Shown: in pieces, positions 52,330 to 64,000 of the stretch
Numbering within the stretch: position 1 is the stretch's first letter
How the letters are laid out: every line of letters starts with the position of its first letter
Assembly: GCF_001194135.2 (NCBI RefSeq)
Contig: NC_068981.1
Location: forward strand, 167,474,761 to 167,538,760
Source of the DNA: Octopus bimaculoides
Lineage: Eukaryota
Direction: 5' to 3'
DNA length: 64,000 bases
Made by a program: the position numbers and the translations under genes
Notes under the pieces: generated by a model
Database searches by the model: none
Told to the model about the DNA's origin: nothing
What the model saw: the letters and a program-made list of their open reading frames with translations, nothing else

Positions 52330-52790
52330 GTCTAAAATTGGTTTCATAACAAATGCATGCAAACTTATTCAGTTACCTGTCAAAGCATTAGATTGTAAGG
52401 TTGTGTAATATGATATAAACATTGTATCTCTTGATTGGGACATCTTGCTGTTCAAATGCATGTTGGAAAATATGGAAGTCGGTTTCTTCGTAGCATAACT
52501 CTTCTAATTATCAACGAATCTTTCACCTACACTACGAGCCATCTCTCCTAAGTAAGTTTCGTTAGGTTTGCGTACGTTTCGTCACGATACTTTATACGGT
52601 ATACTATATTTCTAAAATTTGCAGCGGATATGTGGTTTTGTGGCATACTTCTTGCCATCCTTTTTACAGTTTTGTACTTAAAGATTATTGATCTTTTGAA
52701 TCTACCAGCTTTAATATTGAGATCGTTTCTCAGAAAAATTTAAAAACTCTGGTTGCTGCTTCAATGGGCATCTATCAACATTACGTTTAA
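52330..52790 (-). mobile_element. Degraded Penelope-like GIY-YIG endonuclease fragment
   Basis: IVYRIK (52590-52607) followed by ETYLGEMARSVGERFVD (YLG 52546-52554). Confidence 0.55.
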
Positions 52791-52799
52791 AAATTTTTC

Positions 52800-53250
52800 T
52801 TATCCTATGAAAATAAGCTTTATGGTCAGCGTAAGGTCAGCCCTTCTTGGCCAGAACTGTAACCAAATGTACTTCAGCCATAACCAGCCGATCTCTTTAT
52901 ATATCTAAAATTACATTCATCAAGGCGTCCTTCATTTTTTGAAAGAGGTAGTGAGTAACTTAAGGGAATTTGGTCGCTATGACTAGCAGGTAGAGTAACT
53001 TAATAGAGGTGCTTCCATTGTTTTGTGCTTCATGATATTTTTTTTTCTTGGGTCCAGGTCAGTCCTCATCGAGTTGTGTTGTAATCAAAGCTATTCTAAC
53101 CGTGATCATGCCATCTTTTTTTCCACACAGACTACATTACCTATAGGGTCCTTTTTTGAAGTCAGTGGTGTGTGATTGAGGGAGGGACTTGGCTGTTGTT
53201 TCTACCAGGTTGAGTGACAACGTAAAGACTCTTGTTATTGTTGGCCTGCT
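52800..53250 (-). mobile_element. Two tandem diverged family E copies
   Basis: Two reverse-oriented blocks with ggtcag.cc..., atttgg.(c/t)g(c/t)t.t..ct.(g/c)cagg..gagt.ac. Confidence 0.45.
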
Positions 53251-53356
53251 CGCCTAACCAATGAGGTCGCGTCATCTAAAGGCTAAACATTGCAAAACGT
53301 ATTGTGACCAGCGATGTGTAACAACATCTCTTAGCCTAGTCGGCCACGTGATCATA

Positions 53357-53394
<38 letters not shown>

Positions 53395-53399
53395 TTCTC

Positions 53400-53659
53400 T
53401 TTTTCTTTTACTTGTTTCAGTCATTTGACTGCCGCCATGCTGGAGCACCACCTTTAGTCGAACAAATCGACCCCAGGACTTATTCTTTGTAAGCCTAGTA
53501 CTTATTCTATCGGTCTCTTTTGCCGAACCGCTAAGTTACGGGGGACGTAAAAATACCACCATCGGTNNNNNNNNNNNNNNNNNNNNNNNNNNNNNNNNNN
53601 NNNNNNNNNNNNNNNNNNNNNNNNNNNNNNNNNNNNNNNNNNNNNNNNNNNNNNNNNNN

Positions 53660-53715
<56 letters not shown>

Positions 53716-53753
53716 TAGGCTTCTTTCAGTTTCCGTCTACCAAATCCACTCAC
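53400..53753 (-). mobile_element. SINE family B, 5'-truncated, gap inside its microsatellite
   Basis: Near-identical to the 3' two-thirds of 40696-41089. Confidence 0.9.
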
Positions 53754-54904
53754 AAGTAGAGATACCGTCTGATGGATGTTTTTAGGACCACAAAGGGTTT
53801 TTACAATGACAGTCCACTTATTGTATTGGGTTATTTCTTTTGAAATGGCGTCGTTTTCTTAATTCAATAACTTCGTTTATGAGGAGCAATTGTTTGTTTG
53901 CATTCGTTGATTTTTTTTATTTTTGGGTTATATATTTATATTAGACCAGAAATAGCTTAACCTTATTCTTTGGACATTGAAGGATTGGTATTATTGATTG
54001 TTCAAAATTGTTCTTGGAAAGAACTACAGTATCAGCAGGAGTAATCTCTGCAACAGCAGCGGCAACAGTCGCAGCAACAATAGCTACAAGAATAATTTTG
54101 TTTCCGAAGAGAACGCTGCCAGAGGCAACATGAGTAAAAGTATCAATTTCAGCAGCAGTAGCAGCAGCAGCACTAACAAGCCTACAAGAGACCCTCCAAG
54201 TAGTCGCTCAACCTGCCAGAAATTGTGACCTAATCTCTCACAAATCACACCCTTTCGTCTTAAAAATGGAAGGACATATTAGATAATGTAATCTAAAAAT
54301 AAATAATCCATGTCTAAAGGGAAGTACGTTTAGAGTACTATCGATCATCATAAGTATGGGCGAATAGTAACACACTGGGGATGAAAAACAACAACGATAT
54401 GAAAATATTGTGATAAGAGTAAAATTGAACAATAATGTTATGACTAAATTCTAATCTTCTTGAAAACAAGGCTATTGGGCGTTACTCGTCTGTTTCTGAC
54501 TAAAGAGTAATACGTGCATGTGCGCGAATACGCTGACACCGGCACATAGACATCCACCATCACGTGCAAACACTCACACACCACTACCAACGGTAATACA
54601 ACCATCACCCCAATAAAAATCATCTGTTTGTCTGTCTGTCTCTCTCTCTCTCACACGCGCGTGCACACACACACGCACACACACACACACACACCACACA
54701 CACACAGAGTATAAATATAAACAGCTGAGTAAAAGTGACCGTTGGTCACACTGCTAAAAGCAAAGCAAAACGTGCTTGTGATATCGCAGAGGACGTTTAA
54801 TCGTCGCCAATAAGATCAGAGGGATATGATGAAAGAACTCTAGCAAATCAACTGATAAATTAATTAGCATCAACTTAATGGTTATTTATTTAATTAATTG
54901 ATTA

Positions 54905-55662
54905 CTAGCGGGACCCGTGAATATTTCACGCAATTAATGGTAAAACTGTTGGATTATTTCTGAAAACATTATCCAAAAAAAACAGAAAAAAGCCTCTGTT
55001 GTGTCTGTATGGAAGGACAATCACTCATCTGCTACTCATTGAAAAGAGGAAGAAATTGAAATACGATGTTTATTTAATGCACTTTATATATACACTTTAT
55101 ATACTTTATGCACAATTTTATAGATTTAATGCACAGCACTCATAAAATTAATATTCACTCTTATTTTTCCATTTTCCCTGTAAACAACAAAAAAATATCC
55201 CGTACATATGGTACAACCTTTATTTAAATTGCATAAATCTGCCACGTAAATGTGCGTGAATATTTCACGGAATTGCACTTATGTTCATATGTTAAGTGAT
55301 AAGTGATATAAAAAACTTTGTTCAATTCAAAAGAACAAACACACACGTTTCACTGTCCAATCACCACCACCACTACCACTTCTCTCTCCCCATCTTTCCC
55401 CTCTCTCTCCTCTCTCTCTGTCTCCCTCCTTTCTCCGTCCCCTTCGACTTATCCTCTTTTTCTCCTTTTTCTTTCTCCTCTCTTTCCCTTCGACTAATCA
55501 CAAGAGAGCGTTACAATCACATTTCCTTTGCCTCACGTCATGGACTCTTCTCTCTCTCTTTTTCTCTTTCAATCTTTTCTTTATCCTCCCTTTTTTTTCT
55601 AATCACGTAAAAGCGTTACCGACGGGCTAGGTAACGCAACGACAAGCAAAATTATCATAAGA
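54905..55662 (-). mobile_element. Non-autonomous Helitron, 758 bp
   Basis: Minus strand starts A|TC, ends with hairpin cgtgaa-ata-ttcacg then CTAG|T; no TSD; empty A|T site preserved in the right arm at 58196/58197. Confidence 0.85.
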
Positions 55663-55772
55663 TGAGACTGAAATGAAATACGACTAATGCATTTGTCATA
55701 TTTGCTGTATGAAGCTCCCAAAATATTTGTTTCGTCACGCGATTTTACAAGTGCAAACGCTCTGTATATATG

Positions 55773-57016
55773 CAGGGGTTGAACAAAATAATGGAAACAC
55801 CTTAAAATTTCAAACAAATTTATTCTAATATGGGGTAGGACCGCCTTTGGCAGTAATTACAGCTTGAATTCTACGAGATATGAACTCGTATACAGTTTGA
55901 ATTGTTTCCAAAAGAATTTTTGTCCATTCTTCAGCTAAAACAGTCTCCAATTCTTGTAGTGATGATGGTGGAGGATATCGACTCCTTACTTGATTTTCTA
56001 AAATGCACCATAAATGTTCAATAATATTGAGATCTGGGGACTGTGGTGGCCAGATAAGATATTCAACATCACTAGAATATTCCTCGTGCCATTCAGTAAC
56101 AATTTTAGCTGTGCGAATTGGTGCATTATCATCCTGAAAGATTGCGTTTCCCTCTGGAAACAGTTCCGCAACCATAGGATGAATTTGATCAGATAAAATG
56201 CTTAAATAGTCTTGGCTGTTAATTCTGCCATGAAGGGAAACCATTGGGCCAGCGGATTTCCAAGATCATCACAGATCCTCCTCTATGTTTAACAGTTGGA
56301 AGAAGTCAGTCTGGGTCAAATGCTTCTTTTGGCTGTCTCCACACGTATACTCGGCTGGCGGTCGGAAATAAGGTAAAGGATTACTCGTCCGAGAAAATAA
56401 CATTCTTCCACTGCTCTAGGGACCGTTTCTGTAGGTTTCTGCTCCACTCTAAATGCTTTGCAACGTTTGTTTTTGATTGCAGCCCTCATGTGAAATTCGA
56501 CTCTGTGCAGTACTCCGGCGAACAGTTTTTATGGAAACTGGGTTCTCGAGGTGGTCATTAAGCTCTGCAGTAATTTTGGGAGCTGTACTTTTATGATCCT
56601 TTCTAACAATTCGCGAAAGAGTCCGACGGCCCCTATCTGACAGTTTTGGTTTTCTTCCGGAGTTTTATTTCGACGAAGAGGTTTTTCCCTCGTTCTCAAA
56701 GACTGTCATTACTTTCGAGACAGTACTTCTTGATACATCAAACATTTCGGCTGTTTTTGTTACTCTAGCACCTGCCATACGAGCACCAACAACTTGACCT
56801 CTGTGACAGTCCGATAGATCTGTCATTTTAATGAATTTTATTTACTATTTTCTTATGATATCTGCAAAGAAACAGCAATTTTGGCAAAATATATTAAGCA
56901 ATACTAATAATAAATAAAAAAATTAAATAAATAAAGAAGCTTTTGACGGTTTTATAGATATTTCAAAATTATGATGCTGTGATGCTTGATGTTTCCATTA
57001 TTTTGTCCAACCCCTG
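55773..57016 (-). mobile_element. Tc1-like transposon copy 2, full length 1244 bp, DD36E spacing
   Basis: 29-bp TIRs (55773-55801, 56988-57016; 27/29 match); flanked by TG on both sides. Confidence 0.95.
55825..56826 (-). pseudogene. Disrupted Tc1-family transposase
   Basis: MTDLSD..GQVVGARMAG HTH, WKNVIFSDE* (premature stop), FQDDNAP-...-WPPQSPDLNIIE, C-terminal GGPTPY; frameshifting deletions. Confidence 0.9.
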
Positions 57017-57019
57017 TGT

Positions 57020-57104
<85 letters not shown>

Positions 57105-57105
<1 letters not shown>

Positions 57106-58100
57106 GATGGACTCTCCCGTCGGGTTTCGACGTATGAGCATCTGACAACCTACTCTTTCTTTGCCAGTCATAATGCTTATAGCGAAAGTGACATTTAAGT
57201 CATGCCAACAATTTGCAAAGAAGCCCACAGATGTTGCAAGTATGAGTATTACAGGTCAGTGCGGGTGGTATATTTGCAGCCGATTTTCTCCTTTGCCTTG
57301 CCCCCGAAGCTTGTTAATGCTGGTTGCAACAAAGTTTCTTATACCATTTTGACACAACAATCTCCACTTTGTTCGCTCGAAGGCTGTTTGCTCAACGGTA
57401 TTGTGAGCTATATTGACTGTTCAGAGGTTACTCTTCAGCTCTTCAACATTCCTGCACCCACTATCAAGCTAGTTGTACATGAAGACTTTGGGTATTCTCT
57501 CATCACTCATTCTGACGGCATGACCAGCCCAGCACAATTGCGACTGCTGAAAGGAAACTCTTGATTCCACTAATCTTACACTTGCTAAACGGATCGGCAT
57601 TAGAAACTCTGTCTTTAAGTGGACATCTGCAGATTGTCCTGAGACAGCCTTTGAGGAAGACGTCTAGTTGGTTAATGCGCCGGCTATAGGGTGTCCACGA
57701 TTCTGAGCCATACAAGGGAGTAATAAGAATGGCATCTTTATAGACCTGTACTTTGGCGTTAAGTTTGATGCCCCAGTCATTTCATAAGCGATGACGGAGT
57801 TTGCCAAATGCGTTGATTGCTTTTGCAAGACGGTTAGCGATTTCACCATCAAGGGAAGCGCTCGTGTTCACTTTACTACCAAGATATGAAAATGACTTCA
57901 CCTACTTTAGGTTTATCCCATCAACCTGTATAGGAGTGTCAGGGAAATTGTGAACCGGAAGCCTCAGCTTGACACATCGAATTTGCTTAGGAGTAGGACA
58001 AGGCTGGTGGATCACTTCCGTCTTCTCTATGCTGATGGTCAAGCCAAAGACTTCACATGCAGCAGAAAACCGGTCTAGAAGTTTAGTAACTTTCTTGATG
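57105..58100 (-). mobile_element. 5'-truncated RTE LINE 3' fragment ending in (TA)n(TG)n
   Basis: LLDRFSAACEVFGLTISIEKTEV, FSYLGS, LYGSESWTPY, QLRWAGH..RM...RIPK. Confidence 0.9.
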
Positions 58101-59627
58101 CGGAATCGCGTGACAAAACAAATATTGTTGCTGTATTCTGGGAAATCCATACAGCCAATATGACACATGCATCAGTTGTATTTCATTTCAGCCTTATAAT
58201 GAATTAATTGATATTAAGTTGATATTAATTAATTGATTAGTTGATTTGTTAGAGTTCTTTCATCACATCCCTCTGATTGTATTGGCGACAATTAAACCTC
58301 CTCTGCAATATCACACGCACGTTTTGCTTTGCTTTTAGCAGTGTGACCAACGGTCAGTTTTACTCAGCTGTTTATATTTATACATATATCTATATTTGTA
58401 AGTATGTATGTAGGTATGCAGTACACACACACACACACACACATACATATATGCATGTGTATATATATGCGCATATGTATGTTTCTATGTGTATATATGT
58501 AGGTGTGCGTATGTGTGTGTATGCGTGTGTGCGTGCGTGCGTGTGTGTGTATATCTATGTGTGTGTGTGTGTATCACATCATGTACAAAATTGAAACTTT
58601 TTTCGTGGATTACACACACAGCTTTAGCTTCTTAGTGTCCAATGCGGATTGGTCTCATTAGCTGCACCCCTGTTTGGTTACTCATCGGAGAACAAGTACC
58701 TGCGTTTTCTGCCCACTGGAAGATTAGTTGCTTATTGCTAATGTCGAAAAAATACGTTCTGTAATTTTGTATGTAATTAATTACATTAAGAATATATGTA
58801 AGAATAGACTGACAAATGGCTAAATAGACCCAGAGAAGTATTTTCGGATATTTCAGAATCCCTACCACAGCGGCGTTTTCCCCGCATTGGAATGCCACAC
58901 TGAATATCGGAAATATATCTGAAGTTACTCGTAGCTGTTCTGTCTCGTCTTGAATTTTGCCATTCAAGTTCTCAGAGTTTCCATAGCTACATGAGACATG
59001 TAGCATTCTGCTCCTAAGATGAAAAAATTGACTAATTTAGTCTCCTTTGCCTTCTTAACTGTCTATCTAAAACTCGTTGAGAAAGTATTCAGACAGTGGC
59101 TACAGAGGATATCATAACAAGTAAAGCCTCACATAAATATCCTAGTCATTTTATATAGAAAAATCGAGATGTTAGAGCGTTTACCATCAGTTCGAGATAA
59201 GACAATGTAGAAGGTGTGTCAACGTAAGTTTATTAACTTGCAATTGCCGTAGGTATCTGCCTGCGCTTACCGAACGGCTTAAACTGTGTACTTCATCTTG
59301 ATTCGCCTAAGTTGAGCATTTGGCGCAAGTGAGAGCGACAAACAAAGGGAGCCGAAGCAAAACAAGTACACTTGATGTGCAATCCGACTAATCGTTCTAC
59401 AAATAGATTTGTGTAACCTCCACACCTTATAGCGTATCAAATACCTACGCTTCCTAAAATCTACATGACAAGAACTTCATACAGTCTTACCTTTAACACT
59501 GAGTTGTCACGAGATACAAATTCACTTGTATCTAATATATTACACACTAATTCCTTCATAGTCATTACTGAGGTTTTTCATATTTAAGTAGGAGCTAGTA
59601 GTTCCAAGCAACGAACTTTTTTTCTTA

Positions 59628-59674
<47 letters not shown>

Positions 59675-59681
59675 GTATATA

Positions 59682-59726
<45 letters not shown>

Positions 59727-59728
<2 letters not shown>

Positions 59729-59867
59729 GAGAATATACGAAAAAACAACAACAGACGAGGACAGGTGGTGTAAACAACAAAAGGATGTATTAGTATGACA
59801 CTCGGGAATACGGAAAGTCTTTGACGTTTCGAGCTATGCTCTTCAACAGAAAGAATACGGAGACAAG
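59727..59867 (-). mobile_element. Penelope-like terminal-repeat fragment
   Basis: Contains the minimal hammerhead below; bounded by (TA)n and a gap. Confidence 0.6.
59818..59854 (-). ncRNA. Minimal type I hammerhead-like ribozyme, CUGUUGA core variant
   Basis: UCUUU-CUGUUGA-A-GAGC-AUA-GCUC-GAA-ACGU-C^AAAGA: stem I 5 bp, stem II 4 bp, loopless palindromic stem III, GUC cleavage triplet. Confidence 0.6.
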
Positions 59868-60093
59868 NNNNNNNNNNNNNNNNNNNNNNNNNNNNNNNNN
59901 NNNNNNNNNNNNNNNNNNNNNNNNNNNNNNNNNNNNNNNNNNNNNNNNNNNNNNNNNNNNNNNNNNNNNNNNNNNNNNNNNNNNNNNNNNNNNNNNNNNN
60001 NNNNNNNNNNNNNNNNNNNNNNNNNNNNNNNNNNNNNNNNNNNNNNNNNNNNNNNNNNNNNNNNNNNNNNNNNNNNNNNNNNNNNNNNNNNNN

Positions 60094-60139
<46 letters not shown>

Positions 60140-60162
60140 CACTCATATATACACATATATGT

Positions 60163-60195
<33 letters not shown>

Positions 60196-61112
60196 TAAAA
60201 GGGAGAAGGAAGAGAGGGCGATGGAGAGAGACTGATATTCATGACAACTTAGTCAAATAACCACAGCATAAGAATTGTGTAGAAAACGAAAGAATGTACG
60301 TGTTTTGTCTGTTGATTATAATTCACCAGACATCCAGCCAAACAATGGTTAAGACGGCTATTTGCATTAAAGTTTCTCGTTGATACTCAAGGCTCAAGCA
60401 ACTGAGAACAGGACAGCTGCCAGCCGTCATCTGTTATTGACCATATTCACCAGGTGCTGTTTATTTATTTACGGAAAATGTAGTCTTTGGGTAGAGATAT
60501 TTCATTTAAGCTGTCATTCATTAGAGCAGACATTTTCCTTTTGTGTACTACATCGCTGTAACAATCTACATACATTGTTGCGTATTTCAGTTTTATTATT
60601 TATCTAATTCTTGCTTCCTCATAATGGCACAGGATAGATATTTTCTTTGTGTTTTGTGTTCATTCTCTTATCAAGGTGTATTATTAATTTACTTGTGAAT
60701 TATTTAGTCGAAAGAATTGGAACTATATCTGTGACCTTTACAAGACATTCACAACTAACGAGGATAATTCACCTCCATGTTCACTTCAACTTTATCTTGA
60801 ATTAATTAGAAAACCTGAGTAAGAAGCCAACCAGGAGTGTAGACAGAAATATAGTCACAGAAAACAAAGTCACAGTAAAATGTCGCAGTGGTTTGAAAAA
60901 ACGTCAAAGAAAAAATGTCATATTTTTTCAAACACCACAAATAATCGTTTAAGCAATTAAAGAATTGGTATTTTAAGCCACTTATTAATTGACAATGGTT
61001 GACTTGTACATATTGACAACATAATTTATATTATGGCATTACATGTATGTGAATAAAAATTCCTATTTTATTCAATATATTAAATAAATAATGACACATA
61101 CACAAACATACA

Positions 61113-61189
<77 letters not shown>

Positions 61190-61999
61190 ATCCACATATA
61201 AACACCCACTCCCACAAAACATGAGCATCAAATCAAGCTTTTATTAAAGTCTTCTTGAGATATTTATTCTGTGAAATTTTTTATAACCTGGATTGAACTA
61301 GGATGCCTCTATCGTAATTGCTGAACTTACTAAACTAGCATCCCAATCTCCCTTAAATCTCAAAGTGCCGTCAAAATAGCTGTAAGGAAAAAGGATCGTT
61401 TGGATAATATACTTGTTGAAACGACTGATGATCGTTATTGAAATTAAACAATCACAGCGTGGCGGTCACATGTTAGCCATTCAAAGACATACAAAGAAAG
61501 ACTGTCAACTTTACTTAATCATTTCTTATTTGGTGTTAAACTTTTCGTTGTATCAAATAATAAATGTCTGAGTTAATTTAACGGTCTTTGTATGCTTTTG
61601 AATGGCTAATATGTGTTTTCCACCCTGTGATTGTTTTAGGTTCAGTACACAGTTTCAGATGAAATCACTTGTTTGGCAATACACCTCTGTTATTGAAATA
61701 CTTTCCATTATAGATCTACTCAAGTATGGCTGATTTGGAGCCAAAGAACAACAGCAACAGCACTGCATAGAATTATTAAAAAGAGCCACTATATGGTTGC
61801 GCGATCTGCTAGAAATAGCAATTTAATCTCTCTCAATTCCCACCCTATAAGCGTACAAAAAGGAAGAGCACACTAAATAATATCGTACGAAAGACACAAT
61901 ATTTAAAGTAAAGACCAAGTGGTTACAGAGCTAAACAACAAAAACAACGTAGCTAGAGAAGGGATTTCAAAAGGTTTCAGTTCTGGAGGGAGTAAAAAA

Positions 62000-62750
62000 A
62001 AACTGTTTTGTGCGAAGTTAATAGGAGCTGAAACAAAATAGGGTTGGCGATTTGAATCCGAGTGATGAGGGTTTAACGATTGGTAAATCATAGCAGCAAC
62101 AGAAGCCGTGTTAGAACAGGAACAAGGATGAAACAGCATACTGAAGGACCAATATTTCTAATGTTATGATGAGTCTACGTCAGTTAGTAGCAGGTATATG
62201 TATGTGTATAGCAGATGCACTGCTCCAAGTATGTGAACTGTGCTTTAATGTCTGTCTTCTGTGACTTTTGTAGTCGGGTGGTTTAGAACTGATTAGAGCT
62301 GAAGTATTTTCTAGCCACGATAAGGAAGTTGTATTTTTATTTTTGAGGCAAGTTTGGTAATGTTATGTGTAGTCACAATGAAAAATCTTAAGACATTGTA
62401 GCAGTTGGAGTAACTTAACGCTGTGTGGAGAAAATGTATGATGAAACGCTATTTTATGGTATGTATAATAGCCACAATTCGGTGATGTTGAATAAGAGTA
62501 AGCTATTTCCCTATAAGAGGATATCTTCGAAGTTTATGTTCATAAAAGTGATCTATTGCGTTATATGTTTATGGTTGTGGATGCTACTCGGAGATTATCA
62601 AGAGGGGAAGGGTGATATCATCTGAATAAGAAGAATTATGTGGTTAGAAGTGAAAAAGAAAATGTGTAAGAAATATAACCGAAATCCTAAGACATATCAG
62701 AATTGATAGAATGCGGATCAGAGGGCATTCCCATTAATGCAGACAATATT
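62000..62750 (-). mobile_element. Highly degraded non-LTR reverse transcriptase fragment
   Basis: In-frame SVIFLTHF...SSYSDDITL (SVI 62674-62682, YSDD 62617-62628) mimics the QGSVISPTLF...YADD spacing. Confidence 0.4.
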
Positions 62751-64000
62751 TGAGTGATATGAAGAGAAACTATGTCTATCTTAAGATAAAGATGGAACTT
62801 ACAGGCTCTAATAACTTAATTTGGGAGTTCTCTTGCCAGATACGTTGAAAAATTAATTAAATTTCAGAACAAAACATTGCTTTCTGTAAAGAAAGGCGAG
62901 AAACCAGTGACGTGTGACCTAAGATAGCAAATTCGGTAGCTGTGGCTATATGGAAGCCATGCTGATAATCACTGCGAACGGAAAATAGGAGATTGGATAT
63001 GGTTGTTTCATCATTTTATAGCTGAATAGTAAATAAATTCTGTCTGGAAGAGAAAACTCAAGAATCTCACATGGTTTATGTTTAGCAGACCAGTATTAAA
63101 AAGAAAAACAGTATTTTAAGAAAACATTCTGCATTTCAGCCGTGTAATGCAATCAAGTACATGCTACTTGAAAGTACCAGCAATAGGAGATTGTTTAAAA
63201 TGTTTGGTTTCACAGCACTTAGTCATGTTTTGACAACGCTACAGTATATAAGTTACGAGATCATTAATCAAACATTTTAAACACAAAAGCATTCTTAATG
63301 GTGGAAGTATCAAAGGAGAGATTAGTTGAGTAAGTTATAACGTAACAAGTCCTTTATAGAAAGCATAAAAGTAGCCAATGTTGTTATATACACATTAAGT
63401 TGTTTGTTTGTCATAGAACTATTTTTGAAGGATCTTGTGACGAACAAAGAAACAACAAAAGCATTAAGATTATGCAGTGTGTGGATCTAAAAAAAAATGG
63501 CTTGAAATAAATAAAATAAGAATTGGCAATCCAATATTCAACGCATTCAGTCATTTGGCTTTTACAAGTAGCGTTTATTGATCAAGAAAAGTAATTCAAC
63601 ATTTGTTAGGATTAACTTTGGATAAATTATAAGGTTAAACTTTTAATCAATCACGTTTGTAGTTTAGAATGTCAAATATTTGATATATCCAGTTTACTTC
63701 AATTTCAGTTACCTTTAATTCTGAGTTATGTTGTGGTCGGATCAGCAAAAATAAAATGAATGATGGAGACATCAGTCCACATTTAGCACAAAGATTATTT
63801 TGAATGAATACATTTATGTGTGCAAGTGTGTGGCGTGTGGCGGGCTGTAGGTTTCGGATGCATCAAAATTCTTATATTTTGGATGCTTTAATGAAAATGT
63901 TTAAACATAAAAACCATAAGAGTATTTGAACAACTTATAACTACTTATACCCATAGGCCGGTATCTGTTCATATAAGGGAGTTTATAATTGACGTGGTTG

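Larger units (their letters stand above)
54709..58383. mobile_element. Composite fold-back element: ~280-bp inverted arms enclosing a Tc1 and an RTE fragment
   Basis: Left arm 54709-54904 plus 55663-55743; right arm 58104-58383; about 90% identical as inverted copies. Confidence 0.75.

Noticed and set aside
58632-59006. 124-aa minus-strand ORF
   Set aside because: No recognisable domain; neighbouring splice-like sites are not phase-compatible

Overview
AT-rich, repeat-dense eukaryotic DNA with 11 N-gaps (688-979, 6407-6722, 13900-14884, 23817-24512, 38553-39544, 40042-40146, 41399-41941, 50010-50305, 50875-51394, 53567-53659, 59868-60093), nearly all flanked by microsatellites, as expected of a short-read assembly. 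The SINE and LINE landscape looks to me like an octopus/coleoid genome (inference from memory, not a database match). I recognise no host protein-coding gene, rRNA, true tRNA gene or CRISPR array; almost all long ORFs in the track are gap or microsatellite artefacts. What the window does contain: five SINE or SINE-like families; two RTE LINE fragments; degraded Dong/R4-, CR1/L2- and Penelope-like retroelements; two copies of a Tc1-like transposon whose readable catalytic domain has DD36E spacing; a canonical Helitron whose empty site is visible in a paralogous arm; a HINE/DINE-1-type element; three fold-back/MITE structures; and several minimal hammerhead-ribozyme-like motifs. The best leads are the nested fold-back at 54.7-58.4 kb, the DD36E element, a 37-nt minimal hammerhead with a variant CUGUUGA core, and a near-identical 221-bp duplication carrying a complete candidate exon. 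All analysis was by eye; boundaries of degraded elements and identity estimates are approximate.
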